Positions 1 through 12,730 of a stretch of DNA of 64,000 nucleotides are shown piece after piece. The stretch covers positions 2,232,001 through 2,296,000 of the forward strand of contig JBHGNT010000004.1 in assembly GCA_043228905.1 (NCBI GenBank). Direction: 5' to 3'. Made by a program: the position numbers and the translations under genes. The stretch comes from Azolla caroliniana (taxonomy: Eukaryota > Plantae > Polypodiophyta). Each line of letters starts with the position of its first letter. Position 1 is the stretch's first letter. The notes under the pieces were generated by a model, which saw only the letters and a program-made list of their open reading frames with translations, made no database searches and was not told the origin of the DNA.

Positions 1-399
1 AGAGAAGGAATTAGTACTAAACGAAGGATTAGTACTATGAGAGGTGTGGAACTTCTGAGAGAGAAGGAAGAAGTGAGCGAGACAGAGAGAAAGAGAGAGA
101 GTGATGATAAGAAAGATATGTATTATATGAAGAGAATATACAATGGTGGCTAAAAGGCTTAAGACTGGCATTGAACCAATTTGGTTCAACATAATGCCTA
201 GTGCCCTCTTTTATAGTGTTTTCAGGAGTAATCCTGAAGCTTCTAGAATGTTCCAGAGAAATTTGGAATATACACTAATTTCCTATAATAAAATGTAAAT
301 GAAAATAATATCCTACGTATTACAATAGATGATCTAATGGTCAAGAGCTCGACCCATATAACCTAAGGTCATGGGTTCGAGTCTTGCCATATCATGACA
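1..399 (-). mobile_element. LTR (cut off by the window edge) inserted into a Gypsy RT; same family as the LTR at 59261-59741
   Basis: Ends ...ATCATGACA at 399 (TGTCATGAT on the minus strand), directly followed by RT codons (G)FSGYNQIRM. Shares the TTGAACCAATTTGGTTCAA hairpin and GGTCATGGGTTCRA with 59261-59741. Confidence 0.65.
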
Positions 400-2760
400 G
401 GTTCAGTGGTTACAACCAAATTAGAATGCACCCGGATGATCAGGAGAAAACAACATTTGTCATGGAATGGGGTGTTTTCGTGGCAGAAGTAATGATGTTC
501 GGTTTAAAAACGGCGCCGACCATATTCTAGCGCATCATCACCGAAATTTTTAACGAGTATATCCCGTCGTTCATGCAAGTCTTTCTCGATGACTTCGTCG
601 TATATGGTCAGCGACTGGAACACATGACCCAGTTACGTCTCTCTCTTGATTGATGTCACCAGGCTCGGTTAAGTTTAAACACGGCAAAATGCGCGTTCTT
701 GGTCACAAGCGACAACCTACTCGGGCACATCGTCAGTCAAGAAGGTATTGTTGTGGACCCGGATAAAGTACAAGCCATCCTAAATGCCCCCACACCCTCG
801 AACGCAAAAGGCCTCAGCTGATTTCTGGGACAAATCAGATGGCACAGCCAGATGATACGCCACCTGGCCGATTTCGCGACAACACTACACGCTGCGGTTC
901 ATCGACTCCCCTTTCAATGGACTTCAATCGGGGACGAGGCTTACCAAGGATTGAAATTAATGCTCTCGCATGCCCCAGTTGTACAACCCCCAATATGGTC
1001 GAAACCTTTTCATGTCTTCGTGGACGCATCAGATATCGCCATCGGGAGCACACTTATGCAATGCACGCCCCCAAATTGGTATCAGCCAGTGTATTATGCT
1101 AGCCGACGTCTCTCGGCCACGGAAAAGAACTATTCAACCACCGAACGGGAGGCCCTCGGTATGATCTACAACATCAATAAATTTTGGCATACCTGTTAGG
1201 CCGAAAATTCACATTTCACGTCGATCACTCGGCCCTCCTTTACCTAGTCAATAAACAAGCCCTGACAGGTCGATTGGCTCGATGGATGCTCCTATTACAA
1301 GAGTTTGATTTTCATATACAACATCGACCCGGAGTCCAATACGCCGTCGCTGACTATCTAAGCCACCTCGAGTCAGGAGACCCTGCCGAGCCCACATATG
1401 ACGATTTACCCGATGCCGGCCTATTTCATCTCACAACGTTGCCAGACGACAAAGAAGATGAATGGATCACGGAGATGACCCATTTCCTTAGCACTGGCTT
1501 GCCTCTTGACCACATGCCCCTCGATGTACGGAAACGACTCGAAGTATGTAGCCGCAACTTTTGTCTCGTTTCCGACATCCTCTACCACAAAGGGTTGGAC
1601 GGAATATGGCGTCGGGCCATTCGACAATTCGAGAAGAAGGCCATCCTCCAAGAGGCCCACCTAGGAATCGCCAGCGGACACTACGCCGGAGAGTCCACAA
1701 CAAGGAAAGTATGGCAGAGTGGGTTATGGTGGCCTACAACGAAAAAGGATGCCCACGAGTTCTGCCGACAATGCGACTTGTGCCAACGGTTGGGACAGCC
1801 GATGGAATAAGCTCGAATGCCACACCAACCCATTCTTCCATTGGAACCATTTAAAAAATGGGGGTTAGATTTTGTGGGACCCTTCAAACCAGCCGCGGCC
1901 CGAACCGGTAATAAATATATCATCGTGGCCACGGACTACTGCACAAAATGGGTCGAGGCAAAGGCTTTACGAGACAACACGGCAGCATCCACGACCAAAT
2001 TTGTGTACGAACATCTCTGGTGCCGTTATGGATGCCCAATTGAACTCGTTAGTGACCAAGGTGGGCACTTTATAAACCATATAATATGCGAGCTTACAAC
2101 ACACTACGCAGTGGTACATAAGAAAAGTACACCATACTACCCGCAGGCAAACGGATTGGCAGAATCAACTAACAAAATTCTCCAAACAATACTGAAGAAG
2201 ATCGTCAATGAGAACAACACCGATTGGGATGACAAGATCTAGAGTGCACTATGGGCTTATCGCACTACATTCAAAACGAGCATTCAATCCAACCCCTTTC
2301 GGATGGCTTTTGGTCTCGAAGCCGTTATGCCCATCGAGTTCCAAGTTCCGAGTCTCTAAGTTCAAGTTAAAGCACGGCTCCCCGAGGCCCAATCCGAACA
2401 ATTGAGACTGGAACAACTCCTCGAACTTGGCGAGGACTGAGTAGCGAGCATGGCCCAACTTGAACAGCGCCAACGACAACGGAAAGCCTTTGTGGACTGA
2501 CATCGGAAAGGATTGGAACAAGAACTGACCATAGGCAAACTGGTCCTCATTTTCCAGATGAGATTCGGTGCTATGCCAGGAAAGTTACGATTTCGATGGA
2601 CCAGCCCCTTCTGGATTATTGACGAGTTTAACGACACGTTCTAGCTCGGCACCCTCGTCGGGGAAATTGTCAAAAGCTGGGTGAATGGATTCTGATTGCA
2701 ACCGTACCAGGGAAATACCCAGCCAACCCTTTTGCCGAATCTCTCGGCACGGACAATGCC
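400..2760 (+). pseudogene. Ty3/Gypsy pol (RT-RNaseH-integrase), degenerate; family E, distinct from A/B/D
   Basis: RT motifs FSGYNQI, MMFGLK, VFLDD; RNaseH motifs VDASD, NYSTTERE; integrase HHCC (H..GH..C..C), WGLDFVGP, SDQG, PQANGLAE. Several stops and frameshifts. Confidence 0.9.
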
Positions 2761-3008
2761 ACGAAGGAGGCCACGCGTCCCCCTCGGTAAGAACCCACCA
2801 ACATTCCAAAGTAGACATTAGGTAGGATTAGGTATAGTTTTAGCAATGAGTTAGTTCCACCTACACCACCTACCACATCACCCAAATCACGTCATGTTTA
2901 GAGGCACACATTAGTCACTTTCACATTCACTTAAGTATTTAAAGGCACATTCACATCATCCAAGGCAAAGCACTAACTCCCTAGGACACGTGGCCATAAT
3001 ATCCTATT

Positions 3009-4487
3009 ATGGCATCCACGCCCAAGAATCTCCAGGCTCCTCTTCATGCACAAAACCCTATGCATTCGCTAAAAAACAGTTACCCCAAGCCCACCCCACA
3101 CACAGACGTTTTCTTGCATACCCAGCTTACATCGCTCCCACGCTCTCAAGCCTCCTCTTGCTCTCAGCGCGTTCATCGCTCCCACCACTCTTGCTCACAA
3201 GCCCTCTCCTGTCCTCGTAGCCCCTCTGCCGCACCACAACCATCTCCTTCCCTCACTCTGTATCGGCCTGGTCGAATCCTCCTTCCCCAATCTTCCACAC
3301 ACCAGAACAGAACCACAACAACATTCTTGGCCAGCTACTGGAACAAGCCGCGAGCCGCGAGCCGCGAGCCGCGAAGCGAACCTCAAGTGACTGCTTGTTG
3401 AAAGGTCGGCCACGCTTGAAGCACGAGAACGAGCGGTGAGGACCCTCCAGGTCTCTATCACTGAGGCTAAAGAACGTTTCATCAAAGAAACCGAACGGAA
3501 TAGCCAACGGGAATAGGAACTCTTCGCAGACAACAAGGAATTATGATGTCATCAAAGAGCCTTCCAGGACATGGACAACGAATATATGCAAAAGTGGAGG
3601 ATCTCGGAGGAGCAACGAGCAAAAATTTCCGAAGCATTTCACCAGTTGCAAACCTAGCACATCGCCGTCAAACAACATCGGGATGCTTGGCAACAGGAAA
3701 GGGACGAACTGTAGCTCAGCTCACCAACTGTTATGAGTAGACCATCACGCTCATCACTGAGAAAGCAAAAGATAATCAAGCTACTTTAGCACTCTTCGCC
3801 CGCAAAAGCCAAGCCGAAGCCACGGCCGTAAGGGAGGCACTGGAAGTTCACCGTGCGAGCATCGGCATGGACGATACCAAAATCAAGACCCTAATCAACA
3901 AGTATCGCCAACAATTCACCACGACGATCAAAGAAACGCTTGACCATTTCTGGTAGGGGTGGTCAGCCCAAGCCGCAGACCTACACATACTACGCGCAGA
4001 TGCCGAGAACTGACGGAAGGAGGGCCGAGGGTTTTACAAGATGGATGACACCAACATCCAGACCCTCCGTGAAGACTTAACGGAAGAATATCATACCTTG
4101 GCAACATCCCACACCGCGGCCATCGAGCAACTCTTGGAGGAATTCAACGATGATCTAATGGTGTTTCGTTTAGAAGCCGAAGCGTACGAGGAGGAATGAC
4201 TCGCTACCGGGAGTCACAGGGCTCCCACAAACACCGAGCAAGGAAGCGAGTTACTCCCCACGGCAACTCGACCGGAAGAACCTGCCCCTGCAGACGTCCA
4301 CATCCCACCGGAGCCACAGACTATAACCCCGAACCTGCCTGAATCGATCCCAACAGAGGAGGGCACACACGACGACACCGCCATCCCCGACTCGGCAACA
4401 CAACCTCCATCACCAACCCCACCTGCCGAGCAGCCAGCCCAACCCCACGCCCCTGAGGATATCCTGGGCATATTGGAAGAGGAATAA
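3009..4487 (+). pseudogene. Extra ORF downstream of Gypsy pol (charged/coiled-coil-like, Pro-rich tail), interrupted
   Basis: ATG at 3009. Coding-like composition runs through several stops and frameshifts to ...EDILGILEEE* at 4487. Lies between integrase and the putative 3' LTR. Confidence 0.5.
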
Positions 4488-4524
4488 AACCAACCTATAA
4501 GCCCTCATAGGAACGGGCAATTTT

Positions 4525-5034
4525 TGTAATTTGTGTTGTTTTGCCAAATCCATGGTGAACCGTGGGTCCAACGGACAAAGTCATGTCCCACGGGCATGCC
4601 ACGTGTTGTCCATAGGCTAGAAATATAAATTAATTAAATGTAATACGTCGGTAGGTAAGGCGAGTAGGTAAGGTAGAGTTAGGTAAACGCCGAGTTTCGA
4701 GCCTCATAGTCAGCCGACCACTCGGCTCTGTATGAAGAAAAAGAAAAAGTATATAAACCGAGGTCTGCGTACCTCGGCAGGGGGGAGATATCTAGAGCCT
4801 AGGCGAGGTCATTTCATAGTTATAAGAGCTTTGTAAGGTCACCAGCTGTGGGCCGTGTTTTTGTAATCATCGCTAACTGTTTGCAGTAATACATATCTAT
4901 TAGCTCTTGTTGTTTTCATTTGTGGGCCGTCATTTCTAAGGTCTCAACTACATATACGACCTGGGCTTTATTCCGGGTATGCTCTCTGTTTTCTTCCCCT
5001 AATGACGCCTCCGTGCGCAAGTCTTCACGTTACA
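4525..5034 (+). mobile_element. Probable 3' LTR of Gypsy E (5' boundary uncertain)
   Basis: TATATAAA at about 4751; ends CACGTTACA at 5034; several TGTAA candidate starts. Confidence 0.4.
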
Positions 5035-5094
5035 CTTCCCTTGATACCGATAGCTTGTAGGCATATCGAAGGTGTTTCCAACAGAACGGTTAAT

Positions 5095-5949
5095 AGAATC
5101 CAAATGTTGTGGTAGAAGGCGGACACTCCCAGGAATCTCAGAATCTCCGTGACCGACTTGCATTCATACTTCATCGTAGAGATGGCTTCTACCTTTGTCG
5201 GAGACGGTTTCCGGCCATATGGTCCGCACAAGTGCCCCACTACCAAGATTTCGGATTGCCCGAAAGCCGATTTCTCCCCGGAGAAGGTAAGCCAAGTACC
5301 CTCAAGCCTCTGCAGTATCTTCTCGCAGTCGGAGGTGTGATCCGCGACAAACCTCTGGTATCCATCTGGTCCGACCGATTCATACTTAGCTTCCACCAGA
5401 CATCCCTTGATCGGGTTGTCGTCCAAGAACGGCATGGTCATGTCCGGGTTGCAGTCCCTCAACACTTTGTTCATTGCGTTCGCTATATGCGCCACCGAGG
5501 TGGTCCCTCCTTGCGGCAGGGTAAACATCCGACCTAAGCCGAGAGGGGTTGGCATCGTCGTGATATCCGTACTCTCCAAGGCTAGCGAGAACTGGCTATA
5601 TCCCGAGCATATGTCGTCAACCGAGTAGATTGACCTTCCGGCGAAGGTCTCCGTGAACTCATAAATAGTTGGCCCGATTCCTACGCTCCGAATGGTCACC
5701 TCTACAACATGCCGTTCTTCTTTGGCACCGTGAGCCACCGATTCAAATATAGGGCACTCGACGGCTCGAGGATACCCATCTCAACCTTCTGCTTCAACAT
5801 TTCCATCAACTTCGAGATGTGAGCTCTCGGTATTGGAATCAGCTTGAGTTTCCACGATATATGCAGTATCGTGAAGATCACCATTGGCTCTATGATTGTT
5901 GGGTCGACGCACCTGATTTCCCCCAGCAAGAATGCAAAGGCTTTCCCGT
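5095..5949 (-). pseudogene. Gypsy RT fragment (family A/B/D), degenerate
   Basis: Motifs GKAFAF, PIPIPRAH, LPQGGT, MPFLDD, FLG..AFYH. Interrupted at 5950 by LTR C. Confidence 0.85.
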
Positions 5950-6684
5950 TGTCGTGGTTTTCTGCGAGTACGTATAGGATCTTAGGCGGGACTGAGGGGG
6001 TATTGGACGAGGAAGAGATGGATGCCGGGAGACCAATTCTCTCCGGTACCAATAGCATCGGCTGTGGCACAAACTGGAGCGATTCCGGATGCGTACCAAA
6101 GGCTGCCGAACATGAGAGAGGGAGAGAGAGAGCATATGCGCAACACAGACTCAAGACACACTACTTATGTACAGAAATGGAAAGAAGAAACTCCGAAGAA
6201 ACCAACACAGACACAGACGCACGGAACTTCACTTATGTATATTTACAAGAGAGATATACAACTCCGGCTTCGAGCCAGCCTAAGGTAGATTAGGTTACAA
6301 CAGTGGTCTACTGCCAAGCCGTCGATCGGGGAGCTCTCGGGCTCGTCACGCCGAACAGGGTCTTGCACATGAGACAGAGTGGAAACGAAAACCTCTTAGG
6401 ATATAGAAGCTCTTAACTAGACTAAACCGTAAACAGACACGAAGACTCAACCACATGATGACGGAGAAGAAGACCTAGATTAAACCCTAAAGAAAGAAAG
6501 TAAGTAAGAGAAAGCTACCATACCTTAGACCTAAGTGGTATACCCTCGTAACTAGAAAATGGGCAACCCCTCGTAAGAGCACAGTCCTCTCCTTTTATAG
6601 TCTAAGGAGGGAAGGACGTTACAATGTGGGATAAGTATCCCCTTGTTATTTTATACACATTACCGAATGTACATGTGCACACGG
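5950..6684 (-). mobile_element. LTR C, U5/R part; continues at 47749-47812 after the insertion of element A
   Basis: Begins TGTCGTGG after flank CCGT. Similar in reverse to the LTR at 55479-56151. Joins across TSD ACGG to ...TGCACATTG...CTTCACGACA. Confidence 0.75.
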
Positions 6685-7323
6685 TGTCGTGGAGAAAACC
6701 ATCCCTAGGAGGAAACAAAAGAAACCGTGCACGAACCGGCCCTTCCATGTGTGGGCGTGTGAATTGATAACTTGTACATAATTATGTGTAGGGTGGCCGA
6801 TGTAAATATACTAGGTGCGACATATTTATTAGGAAATCGATGCGTATCTCTGTCCGAAGGAACAGAGAATAAAATAATGTGACTGTGATTGAAGGAGAAG
6901 GGTCTCTCCCCAATGACCTATATAAGGAAGACGAGAAGGAAGAACAGATTGGCATGCATTAGCGAGGACGAAGTGCTGCCGAACCGCGTGCTGAGCTCTC
7001 TCTGTCCTCCTTCAGTAGTCTTTCTCTACGGGTTCGGAGATCGTCGCGTCTGCTTCGTGGACAGCCCGTGCGCTTCCATCAGAGGCTCTCCCTTCGCGTT
7101 TCTGTGTTTGGCATGTGACATCTCTATGTGTGTGTGGACTCTTGTGTAGGGTCGATTGCCGATGTTGTAATCATTACTGGTGTTATAATCGAATTGTTCC
7201 ATTTTCTCTCTCTCTTTCATTGTGTTCAGCATAACGCTATCTCTCTCTCCTCTCTCACGCTCCTTGGTTCAGGGCCCCCGCGGTCCCGTCTCATTTCACC
7301 CGCGAAAGCGTAGTAACACGACA
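6685..7323 (+). repeat. 5' LTR of element A
   Basis: TGTCGTGGAG...AACACGACA; TATATAA at about 6919; matches the sequence from 41733 onward. Confidence 0.9.
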
Positions 7324-7328
7324 TAGTT

Positions 7329-7345
7329 TCGTGAACCCGACATGA
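7329..7345 (+). promoter_or_regulatory. Primer-binding site, tRNA-Trp-like
   Basis: TCGTGAACCCGACATGA, close to TGGTGAACCCGACGTGA (complement of the tRNA-Trp 3' end). Same motif in B and D. Confidence 0.7.
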
Positions 7346-10134
7346 AGGAGGCGGCAAAGGAGTTGAAGATGAGGGGATCTGAGCTTGCTTAAGCTATGGC
7401 AGTAGCCGTTGACCGGTTAATGAGTGCTCATGAGGGAACAGGAACCCTCGACAGAGCCATAGAATCGATCGTTGGCACCATAGGCCGATTTGGTGGTAAG
7501 AACGCCACGATCTATTTGGAGGCCTATCGGGCCGAGATGATCATGAGAGAGATCCTTGAAGATAGGCGGTTGTTCGGGTTCCCTCGAGTGGTGACGCCGA
7601 GCATCCATGCAGAGGTGCTCGAGGTGCTGGCCGGATGCCAGACGTGGGAGGTTTTCGGGGAGCGGCTCCTCGAAAGGTATGGGTTCGACGACTCGCTTCG
7701 ATTGTCGAAGCGGGATTTCATGGCATGGGTTGAAAGCCTTGGGAAGGGGAGGAGCGCACTGGCGCTCCTCCACGAATTCGAAACGTGGTTTGCGCGGTTG
7801 TCGGCGTTGGACCGGACCGTGCTCGATACGAGCCGGGTACTGTTGTTCGTCAAAGAGGTCGACGCGTTGAACATAGAGAAGATAGGTCTCATGGTGGAGA
7901 CCGATGACGGGCTCACGACTGATTGGGCCATGGTTAAAGGAGTCTGCAGCCGTTTCGACAAACGGTAGGAATGGAGCGAGGAAGGGCCGTCAACAACGAG
8001 ACCCATCCCAGCAAGGCAGTTCGAGGAGCCTTTGCTGGCGCGAAAGGAAGAGACCCGAAATTGGTTTGAGACGGGGTCGTCCTCGAGCAGCGTGGTCAAA
8101 GGTCCCTCCGGAGGAGCGACGTTGGAAGAATTGTCACAAATGGTGCGCGACGTCTAGATCGTGCAGGCACGACGAGACAATGGCAACAAGTCTCGTGTCT
8201 GAAGGCCACTGGCAGGGCAGCGATGCATATGGTGCGACGCATTCGGCCATGCACGTAGAGATTGCGCGGATTTCTCAGCTGCGCTCAAAACTAACACGGT
8301 GTACCTCTAGGGTGGCTGGGTGCACTCCAACGAGACTCGGAGAGCCCTAGAAGTGAATACCGGGCATGGTGGAATGAAGAGGCTGATGGAAGAGGCCGCC
8401 GCGCGACACACTGAGGCCGTGATTTATGCGGCATCGGCAGGAATCCGGGTCGGGGTCAACGAGCGACAGAAGGCGAGCCACTCCGGGTTCTGGCCACTTG
8501 TGCTGGAAGGCCTCTTCGGAGTCCGACTAAGGAAGGAAGAAGAGGTCCGCGCGGAGCAGCATATCCCAGGGGTCACCGGGTGGGGCGACTCGGTCGAGGA
8601 AAAGTCTGGCTTCGCAGAAGCTACATGCCAGAACTACGAGGTTTTGCTAGAAGACAAATGCGCGGGAAAGGCTGGAAGGGCCGGTCCCCTACAACGGTAC
8701 AACACTCGGTTCGGCCCAAAAAAGAGTGACGCCAACAATTCCGGCATACCGGACAAGGCCAAGCCTGCCGGGTACCGGCTAAGCACCGAGATAGACAAAG
8801 CGACGGACCTGCGGAAGGTCCTTGAAGAGCGGATCCTTGAGAACAAGGTGGAGTTGTCGATGAGGGAGGTGCTTGGAATTGCCAAGTAGGAGTTCCACAA
8901 CTCCATTGTGGATTTGGTGAAGCGCAAACTGCTCTCCACGGAACTGGAACCGGAGAAGCCCGTAGAGGTGTGGACTATGCACTTAGAGGATGCGGCCCTG
9001 GAGGATGAGTTGGTGCCAAGTTACACTAGGCCACAACCACTACTGAGACCCCTGTCCGGATCAGAGATGTGCAAGAGCCAGTAGTGGCGCTAATAGACCA
9101 TGAATCCGAGATCAATCTGATGTCCATGGACTTCTACAAAAAGGGGAAATGGCCGATCAACACCAAACATGGCTGGAAGATACGCGCGGCAACCCGCGCT
9201 ATAGAGGAGTTGCGCGGGGCGTGCCTGAACGTACGCGTGAAGATCGGCGACATCGAGATAGAACAACACTTTTTTGTGCAAGAGACGTCCTCACACCCAA
9301 TGATACTCGGCGAACCGTACATCACGGTAGCATGCATGGAGACAAAGGTGCTCGACAATGGCTCGGCATACTACTGAGACCCCTGTCCGGATCAGAGATG
9401 TGCAAGAGCCAGTAGTGGCGCTGATAGACCATGGATCCGAGATCAATCTGATGTCCATGGACTTCTACAAAAAGGGGAAATGGCCGATCAACACCAAACA
9501 CGGCTGGAAGATACGCGCGGCAACCCGCGCTACAGAGGAGTTGCGCGGGGTGTGCCTGAACGTACGCGTGAAGATCGGCGACATCGAGATAGAACAACAC
9601 TTTTTTGTGCAAGAGACGTCCTCACACCCAATGATACTCGGCGAACCGTACATCACGGTAGCATGCATGGAGACAAAGGTGCTCGACAATGGCTCGGCAT
9701 ACTACTGAGACCCCTGTCTGGATCAGAGATGTGCAAGAGCCAGTAGTGGCGCTGATAGACCATGGATCCGAGATCAATCTGATGTCCATGGACTTCTACA
9801 AAAAGGGGAAATGGCCGATCAACACCAAACACGGCTGGAAGATACGCGCGGCAACCCGCGCTACAGAGGAGTTGCGCGGGGCGTGCCTAAACGTACGCAT
9901 GAAGATCGGCGACGTCGAGATAGAACAACACTTTTTTGTGCAAGAGACGTCCTCACACCCAATGATACTCGGCGAACCGTACATCACGGTAGCACGCATG
10001 GAGACAAAGGTGCTCGACAATGGCTCGGCATACGCGCGCGTAAAGAGTCAAGACGGACGACACTCGGCGGTGTAAGACCGAATCATGAGCGTAACCGCGA
10101 GACTCTCGACGGTGACAGCCAAGGGGATTTTTAA
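7342..10134 (+). pseudogene. Gag-protease ORF1 of A (degenerate; protease segment triplicated)
   Basis: Gag-like MRGSELA..., CCHC knuckle (C-x2-C-x4-H-x4-C) near 8225, protease ALIDHGSEIN; ends GDF*. Confidence 0.85.
9041..10033 (+). repeat. 331-bp tandem triplication of the protease-coding segment
   Basis: TACTGAGACCCCTGTC at 9041, 9372 and 9703; units nearly identical. Confidence 0.95.
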
Positions 10135-10148
10135 AGAGGGCTATCAAG

Positions 10149-12006
10149 GTGTGGGGCCGCGATAGTTCGGACGCGCCGGAGGAACCCCACACCTGTACCA
10201 TAGGTAGGAAATTTTGGCTCTCCGACAACAAAGGTTGTACATTAACTGGCATCAGTAGCAAGGAGAAGAAGAAGGTGGAGGAGCGGCTCAGGTCATGCAA
10301 GGCACTCCACCCCGATGAAGAAATTAGCGGCGCCGTGGAGGCGGTCTTGTTTGATGACACCTTGGGAGAGCTGTGTGGCGTATTCGATGAGGGCCTTAGT
10401 GAAGACCGGATGAGTCCGGTCAGCTCAATGGAAATGTACCAAGTCATTGCGGACTTTGGGGAGAGGATCAAGTCGGATCAGACGGCCTGCGTAAGTACGA
10501 AGTACGAGACTGTGGACCGGAAGGTGAGGCCCGTCGCGGCACCCTTGCCGGAGGGCAGCGAGAAGCGTATAAAAGGGTCTCGTCGGACCCAAGTTTACGG
10601 AATCCGGCCAACATAGGACACCAGATCACCGACATAACGCTATGGGACCTCAACATTGGTGGGGGTGGGTTTCTACTGCCGGCGAACGAGGACCGGTTTC
10701 GGAGAATGCTCGGAAGGCACGGGAAAGCCTTCGCATTCTCGCCGGAGGAGATCTTCATGGTACCGCATGTACCGTGGAATCTCAAACCGATTCCGGTGCC
10801 TAGAGCTCACATTCTGGCGCTGATGGAGCTGCTTAAACAGAAGGTGGAGATGGGCATCCTCGAACCATCGAGTGCCCCATATTCGAATCGATGGTTTACC
10901 GTGCCAAAGAAGAACGGCACACTGCGCTTTATACAGGACCTGCAGCCGGTCAACAAGGTGACCATTCGAAACGCAAGTATCAGGCCTACCATTGATGAGT
11001 TCGCGGAGGCCTTCGCAGGGAGGTCGATCTACTCGGTCGGGGATCCGTACTCAGAGTACGATCAGTTCCAACTAGTCGTAGAGAGCAGGGATATCACGAC
11101 GATGCAAACTCCTCTCGGCCTAGTTCGAATGTGTACCCTACCGCAAGGGGGAACGAACTCAGTGGCGCACATGGTGAATGCAATGAACAAGGTGTTGAGG
11201 GACTGCATCCCGGACATCACCATGCCGTTTCTGGACGACATCCTGATCAAAGCATGTCCAGTGGAGGACAAGGACGAGTCCGTTTAGGGTTTAGGGTTGC
11301 CGGGGGTTCGTGACGAATCACATCCGCGACTGCAAGAAGGTGCTACAAAGACTCGAGAGCGCGCGACTCATTTTCTCCGGAGAAAAGTCAGCCTTTGAAC
11401 AACCAGAGATCTTGGTAGTCGAACACCTATGCGGGCCTTACGGCCGGAAGCCGTCCCCGACGAAGGTAGAAGCCATCTCTGCGATGAAGGATGATTGCGG
11501 GTCGGTTACGGAGGTCCGAAGGTTCATGGGGGCATGTGCGTTCTATCACATCTGGATTCCGGACTACGCGCATGTCGCGGAACCGCTTTACGGGTTATTG
11601 AAGAAAGGTTACCGGTTCGAATGGAGGACGGAGCACACGGAGTCGGTTCGGAGATTGAAGGAGGCGCTCGCCGCGGCGTCGGCTCTCCGGAAAGCGGTTT
11701 ACGGCCAGGAAGTCCCCATTTACGTGACGGTGGACACGAGCCCGACCGGGATCGGGTGGGTGATCAATCAGGAAGACAAGGACGGCGTACGGTTCCTGAT
11801 CTGGTTCGGGGCAAAGGTATTGAGCGAGCGGCAGCGAGGATACGCCCAAATTAAGCCTGAGCTATGGGGTATCGTTTCGGCAGTCAAGGCCGATAAGGAC
11901 TATCTGATTGGGACGGAAGTGATCATTGAGACAGAATTCCTACCGATTCTGGGTCTGGTTTCCGGATGCGTGACTCCGGACCTGGCGATGCTCAGGTCGA
12001 TCGCGT
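10149..12006 (+). pseudogene. RT-RNaseH of A; continues at 40127-41659 (RH end and integrase)
   Basis: RT motifs LRFIQDL, LPQG, FLDD; RH motif VDTSP. Breaks at MLR(W)IA| and resumes AYIKSL at 40127. Confidence 0.9.
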
Positions 12007-12640
12007 TGTCGCGTTGTTACGCGCGTGCGTGTAGAAAGAGGCGGGACTACGGGGCTCTCGGACCAAGGAGAGAGAGAGAGAGAGAGAGAGATGCAAGTAC
12101 ACAGAGAGAGATGAAGAGCAAGAAAAACAGGAATCCGATTACTATATTCAATAGCTTACAACCGGCAACCCGGTAATGGACCCGATGTGGGGTCCTACTC
12201 ACGCACACCGACGATAGCCACACGACTCGAAGAAACAAAGGGGGAAAGGGGACGGAGAGAAACTCTGCTGGAAGCACACGGGCTGTCCACGAAGCAGAGG
12301 CAGCGAACTCCTGGCACCCGTAGAGAACGACGATTGGAAGAGAGAGAGCTCGGCACTCGGTTCTGCAGCAGCACTTCATCCTCCCCAACCCCCCTCTTCC
12401 TTCTCTCCTCTCCTTAAATAGTTCCCAAAAGGGGGTGCCCTTTTTCCCTAGTCAAATCGCTTTATTCCATGTCCCTTCGTATAGAGATACGCACAATCCC
12501 CTAATAAATGTGTACTACTTAGTATTTACATCAGCCGATCCATTTATTATCAAAATATCAATTCACGCGTCCATCCGTGTAAGAGCCGGTTCATGCGCTT
12601 TTCTGTCTGATTCCGCCTATGGCCGGTTTTCTTCACGACA
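12007..12640 (-). repeat. 3' LTR of B
   Basis: TGTCGCGTT...CTTCACGACA followed by the reverse-complement PPT TCCACCCCCACCAAACC. Confidence 0.9.
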
Positions 12641-12730
12641 TCCACCCCCACCAAACCGCGCATCCACCGGCATGCGCCAAAGACAGGTAGTTACCGAAGA
12701 AAACCAGCTTCACTCGTCGCTCTCCGGTTC

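Noticed and set aside
327-392. Functional tRNA gene
   Set aside because: No convincing acceptor stem or cloverleaf; reported only as tRNA-like.
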